From: Cyanidioschyzon merolae
Taxonomy: Eukaryota
Length of the DNA stretch: 64,000 nucleotides
Reading direction: 5' to 3' (one strand)
Assembly (NCBI GenBank): GCA_000091205.1
Contig: AP006499.2
The notes beneath the pieces are model-generated. The model was not told the origin of the DNA. It saw only the letters and a list, made by a program, of their open reading frames with translations, and made no database searches. The position numbers were made by a program, and so were the translations under genes. Numbering within the stretch: position 1 is the first letter of the stretch; each line of letters begins with the position of its first letter. Of this stretch, positions 38,667 to 51,130 are shown piece by piece.

Positions 38667-40484
38667 GTGTTTTCAGCAGCGCTGCAAAAATCGCAGAAGA
38701 ACTGCAGCACGCAACGGGAAATGAGTCCAACGATCAGATTGCTCGGAACTGAACCATCTTGTATGCTGTCCAGAACGGTATCCAAGCGCCTTGCGCGTCG
38801 AAATGTCAGATACATACTGTTGCTTGTCGTTCTAACCGGTGTCCTGTCAGGTTTTCTCTTCCTGCGTAGCACTTTCTCCACGTACTATGCGGGTGAAAAA
38901 CTGAGACAGTGTGAAGAACGGCTTGCGAAAGGAGAGGCTCTTCTGCTACAGCGGCGTGTATCAAATATGGACGAAAATACAGAACAGCCTCCTAGAAGGG
39001 TTGCGGCTAAACACTTCTTGCGATCTGTGCTTGTTTTCGATGCCGTGGAGCACTTCAGCTCGGTCATCAATACAAATGCTCCAGGACGAGCAACGTTCCT
39101 GGGAACTAGTTCCCGAGGACGAGGTAGACCAGGATGGGCATATGAACCACGTCCCTTACTTCTGAACTTGTCCAATGGCGCCTGGTATTTGCCTTTGGAC
39201 GGGGAACCGCCATCGATTCCGGCAGTATTGTTATGGTTAGACAGATCCAGGAATGAGCGAAGGCTGCTCGTATGGACGAGCACAACCGCGGGGATTGCGT
39301 ATAACCCTCCTCGTGAGTGCGCGGAAGCTGGATCCACCTGCCAACTGGAACTCATCACATCGAGTACAACCCTTGCGGGTTCCTGTAATGTTGAGAAGCG
39401 CAATCTGAGCCTTTTTCTGAGCGCAAATGGAGCAGCAGGCACCTCATGCCTAGCAGAGGTTCGAATGCAGGTTACACTTACAAGCACAAACGCGCAAGAA
39501 TGGGAACCAGAACCGTCTCTACAGACGCTCGCAATCGTGCGCCCGTTCACGGAGGACCAGATACCTAAGCTCATGCGATCTCTGGATCAATGGAATGATC
39601 CATGGCGCTTCCCGTGCGAACGAAGCGGAGACTTTGACCGCCCGGACCTCGTATTCTACGCAAACAATGAACAAGCTCTCGTGTCGGCTCGAGCCGTTTT
39701 TCAGCGCAATCATTCATGGTCTTCCTGTTTCCAACGGGTGCGCTGGATTGAAGCCAATGTTGAACCAACCGTCGACGTTCATCCAGATGGCACCTGCTTC
39801 CAGTTCTACAGCATCTTCGATGATCCGCGATTCCGGAACTACTATCAGTATTTCTTTCTGATGGAGCCTGACGTCCACCCGATACGGGCTTTTTGGTTGG
39901 ACTCGATTCAGAGACAAATCAAACTCAGTGCACCTCAGGCCACGTTCTGGATACGCGGCTCCACATCAAAGTGTGCCGGTTGGTACGCAGCGAACGACTT
40001 TCATATTAACGGAAATGCCCTATACAACCTCTCATCCCGACAGTTTCGCGATTATCTGATACGTGTGCAACGCGCGTTTCAGCCGCGAGGCCACGTTCGC
40101 CACGCTCCGGGCTGCTCTGGCGGCTATGGTGGATTCGATCATTCTATCTTCCATTATGCCGTAGAAATAGCTTCGAAAAATTCGCACAAGTGGAAAATGT
40201 ATCAAAAGCTGTGTTTCGACGATCGGAAATCACCTGTTTGGAATTTCTGCAAACACAGATTTCTGCCTTGGCGAGTATACACGGAGAGTAACGGAAGTGC
40301 GTCCCTCGTACACAGCAGCTGGGGTAATAACGTAGATTTTTGGGACCCAGCAGTTCACGGCATCAAACGGCTTGAAACTAGTATGCTTGAAATGATCCGC
40401 CTTTGGGAACAGGATCCTTTTCCACTACATCCTCGTTTTCGTGCTTTTGCGCTGCTACACTGTCGCAAAAGGCAGCTTTTTTAA
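38667..40484 (+). CDS. Type II (signal-anchor) membrane protein of the secretory pathway, possibly a glycosyltransferase-like protein; family not recognised.
   Basis: N-terminal basic stretch followed by the single hydrophobic anchor 'YILLLVVLTGVLSGFLFL', then a large luminal domain containing a candidate DxD-like acidic motif 'YFFLMEPDVHP'. 605 aa, single exon. Confidence 0.45.
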   Translation: MFSAALQKSQKNCSTQREMSPTIRLLGTEPSCMLSRTVSKRLARRNVRYILLLVVLTGVLSGFLFLRSTFSTYYAGEKLRQCEERLAKGEALLLQRRVSNMDENTEQPPRRVAAKHFLRSVLVFDAVEHFSSVINTNAPGRATFLGTSSRGRGRPGWAYEPRPLLLNLSNGAWYLPLDGEPPSIPAVLLWLDRSRNERRLLVWTSTTAGIAYNPPRECAEAGSTCQLELITSSTTLAGSCNVEKRNLSLFLSANGAAGTSCLAEVRMQVTLTSTNAQEWEPEPSLQTLAIVRPFTEDQIPKLMRSLDQWNDPWRFPCERSGDFDRPDLVFYANNEQALVSARAVFQRNHSWSSCFQRVRWIEANVEPTVDVHPDGTCFQFYSIFDDPRFRNYYQYFFLMEPDVHPIRAFWLDSIQRQIKLSAPQATFWIRGSTSKCAGWYAANDFHINGNALYNLSSRQFRDYLIRVQRAFQPRGHVRHAPGCSGGYGGFDHSIFHYAVEIASKNSHKWKMYQKLCFDDRKSPVWNFCKHRFLPWRVYTESNGSASLVHSSWGNNVDFWDPAVHGIKRLETSMLEMIRLWEQDPFPLHPRFRAFALLHCRKRQLF

Positions 40485-41028
40485 GCCTTTCCTGACCCTG
40501 CACTGCATCTAGACGAGAGCAGCTGTTCCGACGCATGGGCGGATGGAAGTTCATATTTATTTTGTATGTAAGAACCTCAGCAGCGGAAATCGGAATCCAT
40601 GGAAGCTCTCCGCTGCAGCCCACTGGAAGCATCCGGCACAAGAGACACCGAGGAGCTTTCTGCGGACCCCTGGAACGCAGCTCAGATCCTGGGAATTCCA
40701 CAATCATCAAATTGAAGCGTTCTGGTAAACCCCTTGCCTTCTTTGAATAAGGAAGAGTAGCCATGCGCCATGGGCGTCCAGTGTCTGCATCATCAAGGGC
40801 ACTGCCCTTTCGGAGAAGCGGACCCGCGGTGCCGGCGGGGCCCCCGTTCGGTATCCGTAGGGATTCACGGCTCCAGCGCATGCCACGCAGAGCACTGCAA
40901 CTGGTGGTGCATACCAGTCTAGTTGATCAGCAGAGCGCCACGCGATACATCCTCGAAGCGTACGAGCAATAATCTGGAACCTACGCCCGGTGCCTGCGAT
41001 GCACTTAGCACTCTACGATGCAGCTAAT

Positions 41029-42762
41029 CTAGCTCGTTTCCCGAGGAGCCTTCGTTAGCACTACGAAAGATCTCGTCGGCAAGCGCATCGAACAGCCTGG
41101 AATATAAAAGGCTCTGCAGAGGCCTCTCGCCTGATTCCTGTCGAGAAAAGTTGCAGTCGCCAGCAGCGTCCAGTTTCTGAACATTGCGGGTGGCGCCTTG
41201 ACGTCGTTCACCAAACCCGCGAAAAAATCACACTCCTCCGCAATGCTTGCAACGAAACGATCATCGTAGACAGGCGCATTCCTATCGTTCATGCCTTCTG
41301 GTACGATATTCGTGGATACGAACGGCTTCGGAAGAAGACTTGAAGCATTCATTCGTACAAAACGCAAGGTTGTATTTCCTGGAAGAAAAAACGATGAAGG
41401 AAAGTGGTGCCACTCATCGCCCATACACAACGTGCATGCAGATTGTGCACAGTGCATTTTCGCAAGGTGCCTGAACACCTTAAACGGTGCTGCGTAGAAA
41501 CGCTGCTGACCTATAATTCGAGACCAGCTGGCAACGACACCCAAGACCAGCAAAGCCCTCATCAGAAACCTGCCGATGCGTCTCGTTCCACGCTCAAAGC
41601 TGCGCCAAACGACTGTGCATCGAGCGGCGCCCCAGCACACAAGTGGATAGATCGGATAGAGAAATCGCTCCTCCTTGTGCGCTTGTGCCGAGAAAACAGC
41701 TAACCAGGAAAGAAAAGCGCCAAACACCAGGGCCTCTACCTTGCAGAGACGCCAGTCTGCTGAGGAAGCGAAACCAGTACGCTTTCCGAGGAGCCGCAAT
41801 ACGTGGAGCAACTGCACTGCGGCGTACCAAACTGCGAAGGCGAAAAGCAGAGGGAAATTCAAGTTACTGTTTTTGATATAGTACGACCAGGGCTCTGTGC
41901 CGAAAACCTCAGGTCCTCTGTCCTTGTTCGGGAACACATTGTACAACACGAGACGCATAGGTGCGACGACGATGCGGCCATAGTACGCGCTGTCTACGAG
42001 CGTCATGACAGCCAGAGTGCTAGCAGCATAGACTCCTGCTAACACAACGAATCGACCCGGTGGCAGCCGCCTTTCCACTGGTAGCAGAAGCGGAATCCCC
42101 AGGAGTCCGACGAACGGCCAGCCGACGAGCACCGCGTTGGCCACGAGCATCATGGAAACAAGTTGCTTGCCGCTAAGCCACGATGCGTACGCAAACATGA
42201 ACTGAATCATCGTGAAGCTGGAGGGCAGGACCGATGGACTTGCATAGAACATGCCAGCTGACATCGCAGACAGCAAAAGATACCAATTCCCCGTGTTCGA
42301 TGCCTGGTACAGCTGGTCCATACTGAAAGCAAGCGAGACCTCAGCAACGAAGCAGGAACCGGCGTTCACGATGCGGATTATCTGGAAAGCAGCTGTTTTT
42401 TCGGAGCCTAGGCCACGGCCGATCCAACGCCACCAAAGAACTGGAATCTTGAAGAGCAACAAATATAGATAGCTGCGAAGTGCATACTCTGGCGAGTACT
42501 CCCAGGTTTGCAATCCGCTTCCGTATAGGAGAAAGTGTAAGGGTTCCCAGTAGTTGAAGACTTCGTCGCAGTCCGTGATGACGGCAAGCTCTGCGGCTCC
42601 GATCCTCACAACCAGTAGCATCGCAATCAGTAGCAAGCGAGCACACCGCTGTCTGCTCCGAATACCTGCTTGGTGGGAGCTATCCTTCAGGTGGTGCGTC
42701 GTGGCAACGACGTTCCCGATCCCCAGGTTTTCTGGCGCTCGACGCCTAAAAGCACGGCGCAT
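41029..42762 (-). CDS. ALG9: ALG9 alpha-1,2-mannosyltransferase (GT22 family; dolichol-linked N-glycan biosynthesis).
   Basis: 'ITDCDEVFNYWEPLHFLLYGSGLQTWEYSPEYALRSYLYLLL' matches the human ALG9 signature 'ISDCDETFNYWEPTHYLIYGEGFQTWEYSPAYAIRSYAYLLL' almost exactly. Downstream blocks are also conserved: 'VGWPFVGLLGIPL' (LGWPFSAALGLPI), 'DSAYYGRIVVAPMRLVLYNVF' (DSYYYGKLVIAPLNIVLYNVF), 'HKEERFLYPIYPLV' (HKEERFLFPVYPLI), 'MGDEWHHFPSSFFLPGN', 'VPEGMNDRN', 'LCRAFYIP'. Confidence 0.9.
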   Translation of the reverse strand: MRRAFRRRAPENLGIGNVVATTHHLKDSSHQAGIRSRQRCARLLLIAMLLVVRIGAAELAVITDCDEVFNYWEPLHFLLYGSGLQTWEYSPEYALRSYLYLLLFKIPVLWWRWIGRGLGSEKTAAFQIIRIVNAGSCFVAEVSLAFSMDQLYQASNTGNWYLLLSAMSAGMFYASPSVLPSSFTMIQFMFAYASWLSGKQLVSMMLVANAVLVGWPFVGLLGIPLLLPVERRLPPGRFVVLAGVYAASTLAVMTLVDSAYYGRIVVAPMRLVLYNVFPNKDRGPEVFGTEPWSYYIKNSNLNFPLLFAFAVWYAAVQLLHVLRLLGKRTGFASSADWRLCKVEALVFGAFLSWLAVFSAQAHKEERFLYPIYPLVCWGAARCTVVWRSFERGTRRIGRFLMRALLVLGVVASWSRIIGQQRFYAAPFKVFRHLAKMHCAQSACTLCMGDEWHHFPSSFFLPGNTTLRFVRMNASSLLPKPFVSTNIVPEGMNDRNAPVYDDRFVASIAEECDFFAGLVNDVKAPPAMFRNWTLLATATFLDRNQARGLCRAFYIPGCSMRLPTRSFVVLTKAPRETS

Positions 42763-45539
42763 CTGACGAGGGCAAGCAAGCCTTTAGGAGCCTCCTCAGT
42801 AGGAGGCTCTCTATCTCGTGACGCAAAGATCAGCGGCGGAAACCCGAAAACAGAATCCGCCTGTTTGATGCGGTACAAGGCATCCGGTATTCTGGCGGTT
42901 GCCCGGCACACGCCTGCGCTACGTCCGAGATGCTTGTAATGCTTTCGCTGGGCAAGGAGGCTGTATTTTGAAAGCTTTCAATTTAAAGTGTACATTTACT
43001 AATTTTTGTACCACGTACCGCTAAACTTCGTGCAGGTTATCTTTTTCAAGCAGTTTGGTGTCAGATATGGCAGCTAAAGTGAGCAAACCTTCTATATGGA
43101 AGATGTTGGCGATCGTCGTTCCAGGAGAAAGTTTTTGATCGAGTTGCAACGGCGTAGTGGTGCTGGGAACGATAACTAACCGTTTCGCTTCGAACTTGAA
43201 CGGCGAAGTAACCACAGTGTTTCGTTTTGGGCGCTTGCATGGAATATTTTATGATTCAAGTTCCCATTGGAGGTGAGACTTTTTACTCAGTGGCAAAACG
43301 CAAGGAGGCCGAGCGGCGACTCGCGCGCTTGGCCTCAGAGTCACCAGGGAGCAGTGCCGATTCTTCTGTCCTCGGCTCCAACGTACCCGCAACGCCAGGA
43401 CTGGAACGAGCTGGAGACGTCTCGTTGAGTCATGATGAAGAGGTTTCTAGCGAAAAACCGAAAAAATGGCCCCGAGTATGAGAAGCTTGCCGCACGGAAA
43501 GCGCCATGCTTGCGGTGCCGTTCACATGGTAATATTAGGTGCTTTCGCGTGAACGCGGTTGCCCTGCCATGTTTTTCATAGTGGAGCATTCCTTAGTCAA
43601 TCAGGAGATACAAGGACACAAGAACAATGCTGGTACTCAGGGTGTGGGTTCCAAAGCGGCATATGCGCCGTTTGGATTGTATCACGTCACAACGGGACTG
43701 GGCGTATGCAGAGATTGCAGCATACATGAACGCTGCCGTTGACCAGAGATGAAACCTCAACTACCGACGAGTTATCGGAATGCAGCACCTGCTGCTGCCC
43801 TGAGCAACACGTCCTACCCCGTTGCTTGGTCAAATGTTTCGCTCGTTTGCATGAGGAATCCTATCTGGATTGCTCTTGTCATGCAGACATATTCAGCAAT
43901 ATCCAATAGCGGAACCCTAGTACAGCTCACCAGTTGTGCGGGAAGATCGTTCCCAGTACATACGTATGGTGCTGGAGCCTCACCAGAATCCTGAACGCAC
44001 CACGCGAGACTCCATTGCCCCCTTTCCTGACCACTGAGTTTTTTCCATCGGAAGTCGTTAGTGTTTCAACGCAATGCCGAAACTGGGAACTGAACGATTC
44101 CATAGAAACTTTGCTCGACAGAGCCGGTTAACGCTGTTTAGCCCCGAGAAATTTCCGGAGTTTACTCGATTTGTTCAAGTTTCGGTGGAGAGAGTGCATG
44201 CGCGCATGGTTGCTGGTGGAATCAGACCAAAGCATGCCACTCACCTTCGTTTACCTCACCATCTGAAGGTCGGTTGTTCTGGAGTGACGAAAAATGGCGT
44301 TGTCTACGAGCCGGGCAGCATAGCGTGGAGAGGAGAAGCCACGAAGTGTGTTTCTCCTCAGGATGAAGTCGTACGCGATCCTGCACATGTCGTATTTCGT
44401 AGGTGACCGCAGTATTGAATCGCCGTACGCGCAAACATTATCGGGAAACACACTTATCCCTTCTGTACGAACACCATTTTACTCTTCGTTGGCGACACAT
44501 ACATAGTTCTAAGCTTTCTCTCGAACCAAGTCTCATCGAACGAGAAGAGCATCCGTCCTTAACGTAACAAGAGTTCGCGCGTCAGAATCGAATCCACTGT
44601 GTATTGTTCAAGGCGCAACGCTCTCCCACAGACGCACTCTTTTTTTCCTCGGCCATCCATGTCTCTTCTTCACCGCTCGTATTGACAGTGCGAAAACCAC
44701 AAATCATGGAACTGGGTTTTTGATGTTTCTCAGAGAACGCACGAACAGGACTGGAATGACCTGGAGAGAGTCGTACAGAGAAAATTTGCTGAGTTCTATG
44801 TTGAGTGCGCGACGTTCAGACTAGGGACACAGCAAAGACTGCTTCAACTACTTGCTGAACATTAATTGGCTGACTTGGATAAGTAAACCCGTTTTTCGAT
44901 AGGTAGCGGTGATTCCATGACGTCTCCCCGCGATGTTTCTCCGCCCAAACGATACACCCTTTTCGAAGAATAGTCGGAAGAAAAAACAAAAACAGAAACT
45001 GCGTGCTTGTTCAAGAGTACTGGAATTCACTGCTCACCGAACATAGCAACGAGACTTGTCATGGCGAAAGAATCTAAGGGCGTGTCAGATTAAAACAGAC
45101 CACTGAACTGGGCGCTCTGTTCATCGCTTTCGATTTCCGAACTGTTTCATGTACAGCCCCGACATTTGATGCGCGGTTCGAAGAGCTTACGAATGCATAT
45201 ACTTTTAGAACTCTATGCTGACTTCTCGGAATGTTTACTTCGATGCTCTTCTACTGGAATTCGTGACATCAGTGTAATCAAGATGATTCGAAACGCCCCC
45301 GAACAATGGTTCGTGCACTAAGCAACGTCATTATCAAATGAATACGTACATGCCTCGACTGTTCTCCTTTGCTTACGTGTCGCCAGCTTCAATCAAGCAT
45401 ACTTCAAGGTTCGAAATTTTCGTTCCGAGCTAACTCCTGTACGTTGCGATTCTAGCGCCTGACTTGATGATAAGAGCGACTCAACGTCGTCCGCTGAGAA
45501 CTTTTCTGGAAGCTCATACGGAAAGTTCATTCAAGTTTT

Positions 45540-45620
45540 GACATCAAATTCTCGATTTCGCTCGAAAGACATATCCCTCCCTCTTGATGGCCATCGACGA
45601 GCCGGCATGAGTGAGCACGA
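45540..45620 (+). pseudogene. Very short Tc1/mariner DDE_3 first-Asp fragment.
   Basis: Plus-strand 'SLPLMAIDEPA', to be compared with 'LLIAIDETGF' at 30240 and 'MVAIDETSF' at 17130. Confidence 0.3.
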
Positions 45621-47179
45621 TGCTACATGTCAAGCAATATGATTCCAGAAACTCCCGTTTTTCTATCTGGATGGACAATTGGTCTTGGATTTGGACTTCA
45701 GTCATCACAGAGAACCGTTTCTATCCAAGGTACACCTCGGCTTTGCACGAAGAAGCTTAGGCTAATTAAAAAGTTCCCGGCACGGTCTCCAGTCTTTGTT
45801 TTCATTCTGATACCATTTTTAGGGAGAACAAGATCGAATTCCACGAATCCTTAATGGAAAAGAAGAGCGAGCGCTTCCACGTGCAACGGACATAGTCCTC
45901 CCCGAGCCAATCGCCCAGAAGAAATCAGGAATCTTAGAGTACGGTGCTGGACGCGAGAGCGGAGGAAACATCCAATGAAGCTTTCTGTGCCTATCAAGCG
46001 AACGCACCAACTGATGAAGAAAGCATTCACGTGCCGCAGCGCTGCGCTTCGATGAAGAGAAGGTGCGGTGGACGCATGGGAAACCGCACCCCAGCCCAGC
46101 GTGACCGGTGCGAAGGACACACCGAAGATGTACACAAAGCAGATGAAAATAACCAGAGGATCCCAGCTGGCAACGATCGTATATTTATGAAACGGACCGC
46201 CAACACCGGGACGCAGTGAATTCCGGATTTTGAGGCTGCCATCAATGTATCTCGACTGCTAAAATCGTAGCTGGAGGCACAGCAGAAACCAGCGCATTAG
46301 AAACTGAAGATAACAGAGTCGAAAAGGAAGCAGTGGTAGAAAGGATGCACAAATGCTAATGCTGATGGCAGTGGGAAAAGAATCAGAGTTTCAGACGAAC
46401 GCTAGACTTCGACAAGGCGATGCATTTCATTCGATCCAAACAGTTCAGTACAAAATATCAGTGAAATAGAAAATGTCCCGCGACCATGCAGGATCAATGA
46501 GCACCCACGGATAGATGCCTCCCAGGCTTTTTTGACCCGCTGTCTGCTATCGGTTTCAGCTTCTCACTGTACGCTTCGAGCGTGAGGGGATGTCCAACAA
46601 AATTTGGACCCCCAGCTCCTCGGGTCCCGTCTCCAGCACCGCATATCGTCTGATACTGATGGCGGCGTTGAAGTCTCGGTTCATAAACTCCATACGTTTT
46701 GATGCCTCTAGTTGATCTTATCAATGTGCGTATTCCCCGAGCTCGCGCTTTCAGTACCATTTGCTGCTCTGCCAACTCTCCGTGCGTGTCCAATGCCGAA
46801 GCGCTCCGTTGGCTTCTCTCCGTTACGGCCTTCTGAAGCGTACATTCCTGCTCTTTCCATAAGTTTGAACATGAACGCACTTCCTGACGCCTTTAGATGA
46901 TTACTTCCCCGGAGAGAGACGGACTTGCTGAGGGACTATGACATGTATTCCCCGTGTGTCACCGTGTGCTGAACGCATTAGCGATTCGCCCAATGGAGCG
47001 ATCACTGCGTACCAAGATAGAAAATACTCATAGGATGGGGTTGAACCACGGAGCTAACGGAGCAATGGAAAGCAACTGTATCCCTATAGAATTCGCAAAA
47101 GCTCGGGCGCAAGGGGAACGATGAAATGCAACGTTGTCCGATAGAATAGCGTCTCCAGACCTGCAGAGCAAAAGTCTTC

Positions 47180-47460
47180 AATTATTCCACAATGTGGAAT
47201 GGTGTTTTCTGAGCCTTCTATTCGAGTTCGATCGTACATTTAACAGGTTAACTGCTCTGCAAATACCCGGATAAGTTGTGACGGTTTCGTCCGAAGGACG
47301 TCTCATCGACCGAAAACATAAATGGACGTCCCTGTGTTTCATACCGATCGTAATGTTCCAGGAACGCTGTCGTTGCGATTGGAAGGAAGATGCCATTGCT
47401 TGAACGATGACTCTTTTTGAGATTGTATCCCAGTGTTTTCAGGATCATAGGCGCGACTTG
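47180..47460 (-). pseudogene. Tc1/mariner DDE_3 transposase relic, minus strand.
   Basis: ORF 47248-47448 (-) reads '...TAFLEHYDRYETQGRPFMFSVDETSFGRNRHNLSGY', which is near-identical in motif order to '...TEFLERRDRYGAHLRRFDFSVDETAFGRSCRSGY' at 15.5 kb. Confidence 0.55.
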
Positions 47461-48333
47461 GTGAGAAACAGAGACGCCTGTGGCGGCTATTATCGTCGCT
47501 GTTGCTTTCCGAAAATGGTGATCAACGGATCGTTTTCTAAGATCGACTGCAAGCGACCTCTATGAATATCGATCTCTGGCACGGAGTGCATCTACATTTT
47601 TCTTATAGTTTTCGCCAACCATCTGAGTACGTCGGTATGACTGTCCTAAACGAGGAATGCAGTCCTCCTTGGACTGTTCAGAAATGAATGTAAATGCTAC
47701 ATGCAAATCATCTACGATCTACACTATGCATTGCATTGCGATTTCGATCTCCTAGACATCGCAGCGGAAGTGAAACAGAATTTAGTACAAAGACTACAAG
47801 AACGGAAACCTCGGGCCTCTTTGATGGTAGCGTTCACGCATCCGATAGATGCCAATATGACACATCTGGTGAAAAAGCAGCTAAACATTCGCGTCGATTC
47901 GTTTTCTGGGTCTGTTCAGGGCATGGTGCTGGCATGTGCGTGCTGGCACTCACCAGCACTCACTGAACGTTGCTTTGCAGTCGCGAAATGCGAAAGCATC
48001 CCGCTCCAACGCGAGTTCGCGGTGATGAACTTGTCTTCAGCATCGCTTCCAAAGTCCGAATGCGACCAGCAAATGCCTCTTCATGGGAAGCTTGCGGCAA
48101 ATACCATCTCAGTTTGACATGGATGAATTCGTGCTCGACATTTCACGAGTGCAGCGCAAGAGGTCAATTCACTGTCCGCTTACACCTGTGCATGCGACGG
48201 CAACATAGAAACCGGAAACGAGTATTCTGCATTCACAGGAAATACCCTGCAGCATAGGCATCTGGATCCCATCCAATCGTTCAGAGCGCTTTTCCGCACG
48301 GCGCTGCTGAGGGCGCACTGATCCGTAAAACGC

Positions 48334-48690
48334 TTGGGATGTTTCGGTAGACATCTCGCTGCCTTTCGAGTCGAGCTTGTTGCGAGAGGAAAACCCAGCA
48401 GCCGGGGGACGTTCACGAGTTGCGTTTTTGCCATGAGCGCTGCGCGATCGTCTTCGACGAGCGTGGTGAGTCCGGCAGCGCCGGCGGACCCCTGTGCTAG
48501 GCTCAGGGAGGAGGCGCTGCGCTGCGTCGGGGAAGCCAAGCGCCAGCCTGGGGCACACGATACCTGCCGCGAAAAGAAAGAGTGCTATCGACGCTGTCGT
48601 GACCTTTGGCTGGCCGAAATACGCAAGGCACGACGTGAAGAGCGACTTCCGAACCCGGCGGTGACGGGCCAAACGCCGGACACCAGCTAA
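48334..48690 (+). CDS. Small twin Cx9C (CHCH-domain) protein; a candidate mitochondrial intermembrane-space protein.
   Basis: 'C-ARLREEALR-C ...13 aa... C-REKKECYRR-C' has exactly the Cx9C-(n)-Cx9C spacing. The N-terminus is Ser/Ala-rich. The overlapping minus-strand Arg-rich ORFs look like GC-driven artefacts. Confidence 0.4.
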   Translation: MGCFGRHLAAFRVELVARGKPSSRGTFTSCVFAMSAARSSSTSVVSPAAPADPCARLREEALRCVGEAKRQPGAHDTCREKKECYRRCRDLWLAEIRKARREERLPNPAVTGQTPDTS

Positions 48691-49675
48691 ACCTCGCTCT
48701 GGGTGGTAATCGTCCGCAACCTGTGCGGCCGACTGGGATGATTTCCACGTTGAAAGCACATTTGGACTTTGTTCGCTTTGGGGGAGTCTTCGCAGATCAG
48801 AGCTGTTGTCGTCGAGGCTACCCGCGGCCGCCAGCTCGCTGGTCGGCACTCGAGTCTGGGGCAGCCTGGTGCAGGCGACGTGCTGCGTTCGCTACAGACA
48901 GCGCGTTCTGCGGTGTCAGGACCTTTGTTATTCCAAGACCTCTTCTGGAGCGCAAGGCACCACAAGCGGTAACGAGCATCCAGTAGCAAGCAAGCAAGCT
49001 AGCATAGACGCGCCCCCGATAAAGTGCACATGTGCAAATATGCCTGCAGCGCTGCCGTCGACAACGGACTTGTCTATGTGCAGCCAGTGCATGACACCGA
49101 TATGCGTCCGTTCACGCTTCGTCTGCATCGGGCCAGCAACTGGTCTGATGATATTCTCCAGGCAGCGATTGAGATGAACCTGTCGTGGGGCTGTCTGTTT
49201 ATGGAAGCGCGCCATGTAGGTGTACCTGGCCAAGAGTTGGTCATGGAAACAAGGACGCCTCTCCATTCCGTCGTTTTGCGTCTCGTGTAGTACTCGAATC
49301 CGATATCCACCGGTGCATCCAAGGCGCTACGTTCAATGCCGTGGAGCGTGACCTGGAGACACTGCCGGGTTTCCGCTTCGTGCGTGCCCTTCCTGAGACT
49401 GTTTCGCACCGCGTTTCAACATGTATTCGGGAAGGACGCGTCTTTAACGCTGCTCCTCGGTTCCATCCATCACAGTCTGGTCATGAACAGACACGTCGAA
49501 CGTGCGCAGCAGAAACGGGAACCCCAAAAACATCTCGTTGCGAGGCCGTCTCCGCTGGCTCACAGGCCGTATGATCGCGCATTGCACTACGACCAAGTCA
49601 AGCTAAAAGCATGTCGTTTACCACTCGAGGTCTGTGCGACCGCGCTCTCCAACACACTAGGTATTTTACACAACA

Positions 49676-50398
49676 TCACTTCCACCAGGGCTTCTCACCA
49701 GTTCGAAAGTCGGTCTCCTTCCAGGGTTTGATCTGTACGAACCCGTCATCATCCACTTTGGTATGTGCCAGAGCGAGCGGAAGCGGAGCTGGACCGCGCA
49801 CCACCTTCCCTGTACGATCGTACTGCGAACCATGGCAAGGGCAAATGAACTTGTTCTGTGCTGCGTTCCAAGGCACCACGCAGCCGAGGTGCGTGCAAAC
49901 AGCATTCAGTGCGTAGGTTTCGAGCTCGCCGGCGTCGTTCACAACAAGATACGTGGGCTCCCCGTTCAGGCCTTGCACAAGATCACGAGAGCCGGGGGGA
50001 TGCGTCTTCAGATACTCCTCCTTCTTGATAGGCGTCCCGAGGGCGTCCTTGGCAATCGCGCCGCCTGAACTCTTGTTCTTCGACGGCGGCATGAAGTAGC
50101 TTGCGTATGTGCTCAGCATGATGCTTGCTGGGAGTCCAACTGAACCCAAGAGAATGAGGTTCAGCAGCGTGCGCTTCCCCATATCTGGTATGTAGTCGTC
50201 ATCGGAGCCCGAGGAGCCGCCACCGTCGCCACCGCTTCCGCTCCCTCCACGCGCGTTATCAACTGTACTCGGCAGCGCATACGTCATGCGCAGTGCCACA
50301 CGCTTCCTGCCCAGCGTTGTATGCTGACGTTCGACCGTACCAGGATAACACCGAGGCACCGTTCTAAACGTAAGGCTATTTGTTGTAAGCACGAACAT
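49676..50398 (-). CDS. petC: Cytochrome b6-f complex Rieske iron-sulfur subunit precursor (nuclear-encoded PetC with a transit-peptide-like N-terminus).
   Basis: '[72 protein letters not shown]' contains both Rieske boxes, CTHLGC and CPCHGS, and is b6f-type over the whole C-terminal domain. It also has the N-terminal membrane anchor '[20 protein letters not shown]'. The first ~70 aa are hydroxylated/basic with a Gly/Ser-rich linker, consistent with a plastid transit peptide. Confidence 0.9.
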   Translation of the reverse strand: MFVLTTNSLTFRTVPRCYPGTVERQHTTLGRKRVALRMTYALPSTVDNARGGSGSGGDGGGSSGSDDDYIPDMGKRTLLNLILLGSVGLPASIMLSTYASYFMPPSKNKSSGGAIAKDALGTPIKKEEYLKTHPPGSRDLVQGLNGEPTYLVVNDAGELETYALNAVCTHLGCVVPWNAAQNKFICPCHGSQYDRTGKVVRGPAPLPLALAHTKVDDDGFVQIKPWKETDFRTGEKPWWK

Positions 50399-51130
50399 TA
50401 TCCAGCGTTATACACAACAATGAAACTGCGAGTTGCAATCAAGTAAGAACGCAAACGTTCATGCAACACGAACGGAAAAATCGTTTCGTGATCATCGACG
50501 ATGGGCGGCAGCGTGCTCGCGATGCAGGGCTTCGAAGGATCGCGGCGTTCGGTGCAGCGGAATCGGGATGCCAGAGACGCCAGCACACTTAACCTTTCTG
50601 TGCCTGTGCTGGAAAAAAAGAACGCAGCTATCTCTTTGAGAGACATCAACATCTGGGAATCACTGTGGTAAATGAAGGCCAGCCACTTACTTTGAGTGTA
50701 GTGCTAGCAACTGATGGTCCCGTAACTGAGCTCCAGCACTCACCAGTTGTCAGCGAACTCATACTCTACCCCCTAGGTGGAAGGTCCAGCGAACCAGATG
50801 CGCACACGGGACCAGTGTTACGCGTACCTAATCACTGGTGGGTGCCAAGCACAGACCCGAGTCGCCAACCGACGGCAACGCTTTCCATGTACGATCACGC
50901 AGGAGAGAGGCGGCTCCCAGGATTCATCGTAACAGCCAAGTTTCTCCAATGTGTTGTGAAGCGAAAGCAAGTTTTGCATCCGCAGGCTGTCCGAGCACAA
51001 ACTGACAACGAGACCCAGTTCTACGTCAGGTGAAGCATGCCTCGAGCAGACGCCGTCTGCGGTACGGCAACGCCGTTCTGTTTCTGTGCTACGACAGCAC
51101 CGGCGCTACAAGCGCTATTGAGGCGGATGT

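Noticed and set aside
48169-48849. 226-aa minus-strand Arg-rich ORF, with nested ORF 48180-48539.
   Set aside because: Extreme Arg/Ala/Pro composition with no domain. It overlaps the better-supported plus-strand Cx9C ORF and is likely a GC-driven artefact.
49600-49676. 'TGTAA' about 30 nt downstream of the petC stop, as a possible green-algal poly(A) signal.
   Set aside because: It is not present at a comparable position downstream of the other well-supported genes (helicase, E(z), VPS36, ALG9, Sbp). It is therefore not a consistent signal and could not be used to infer lineage.
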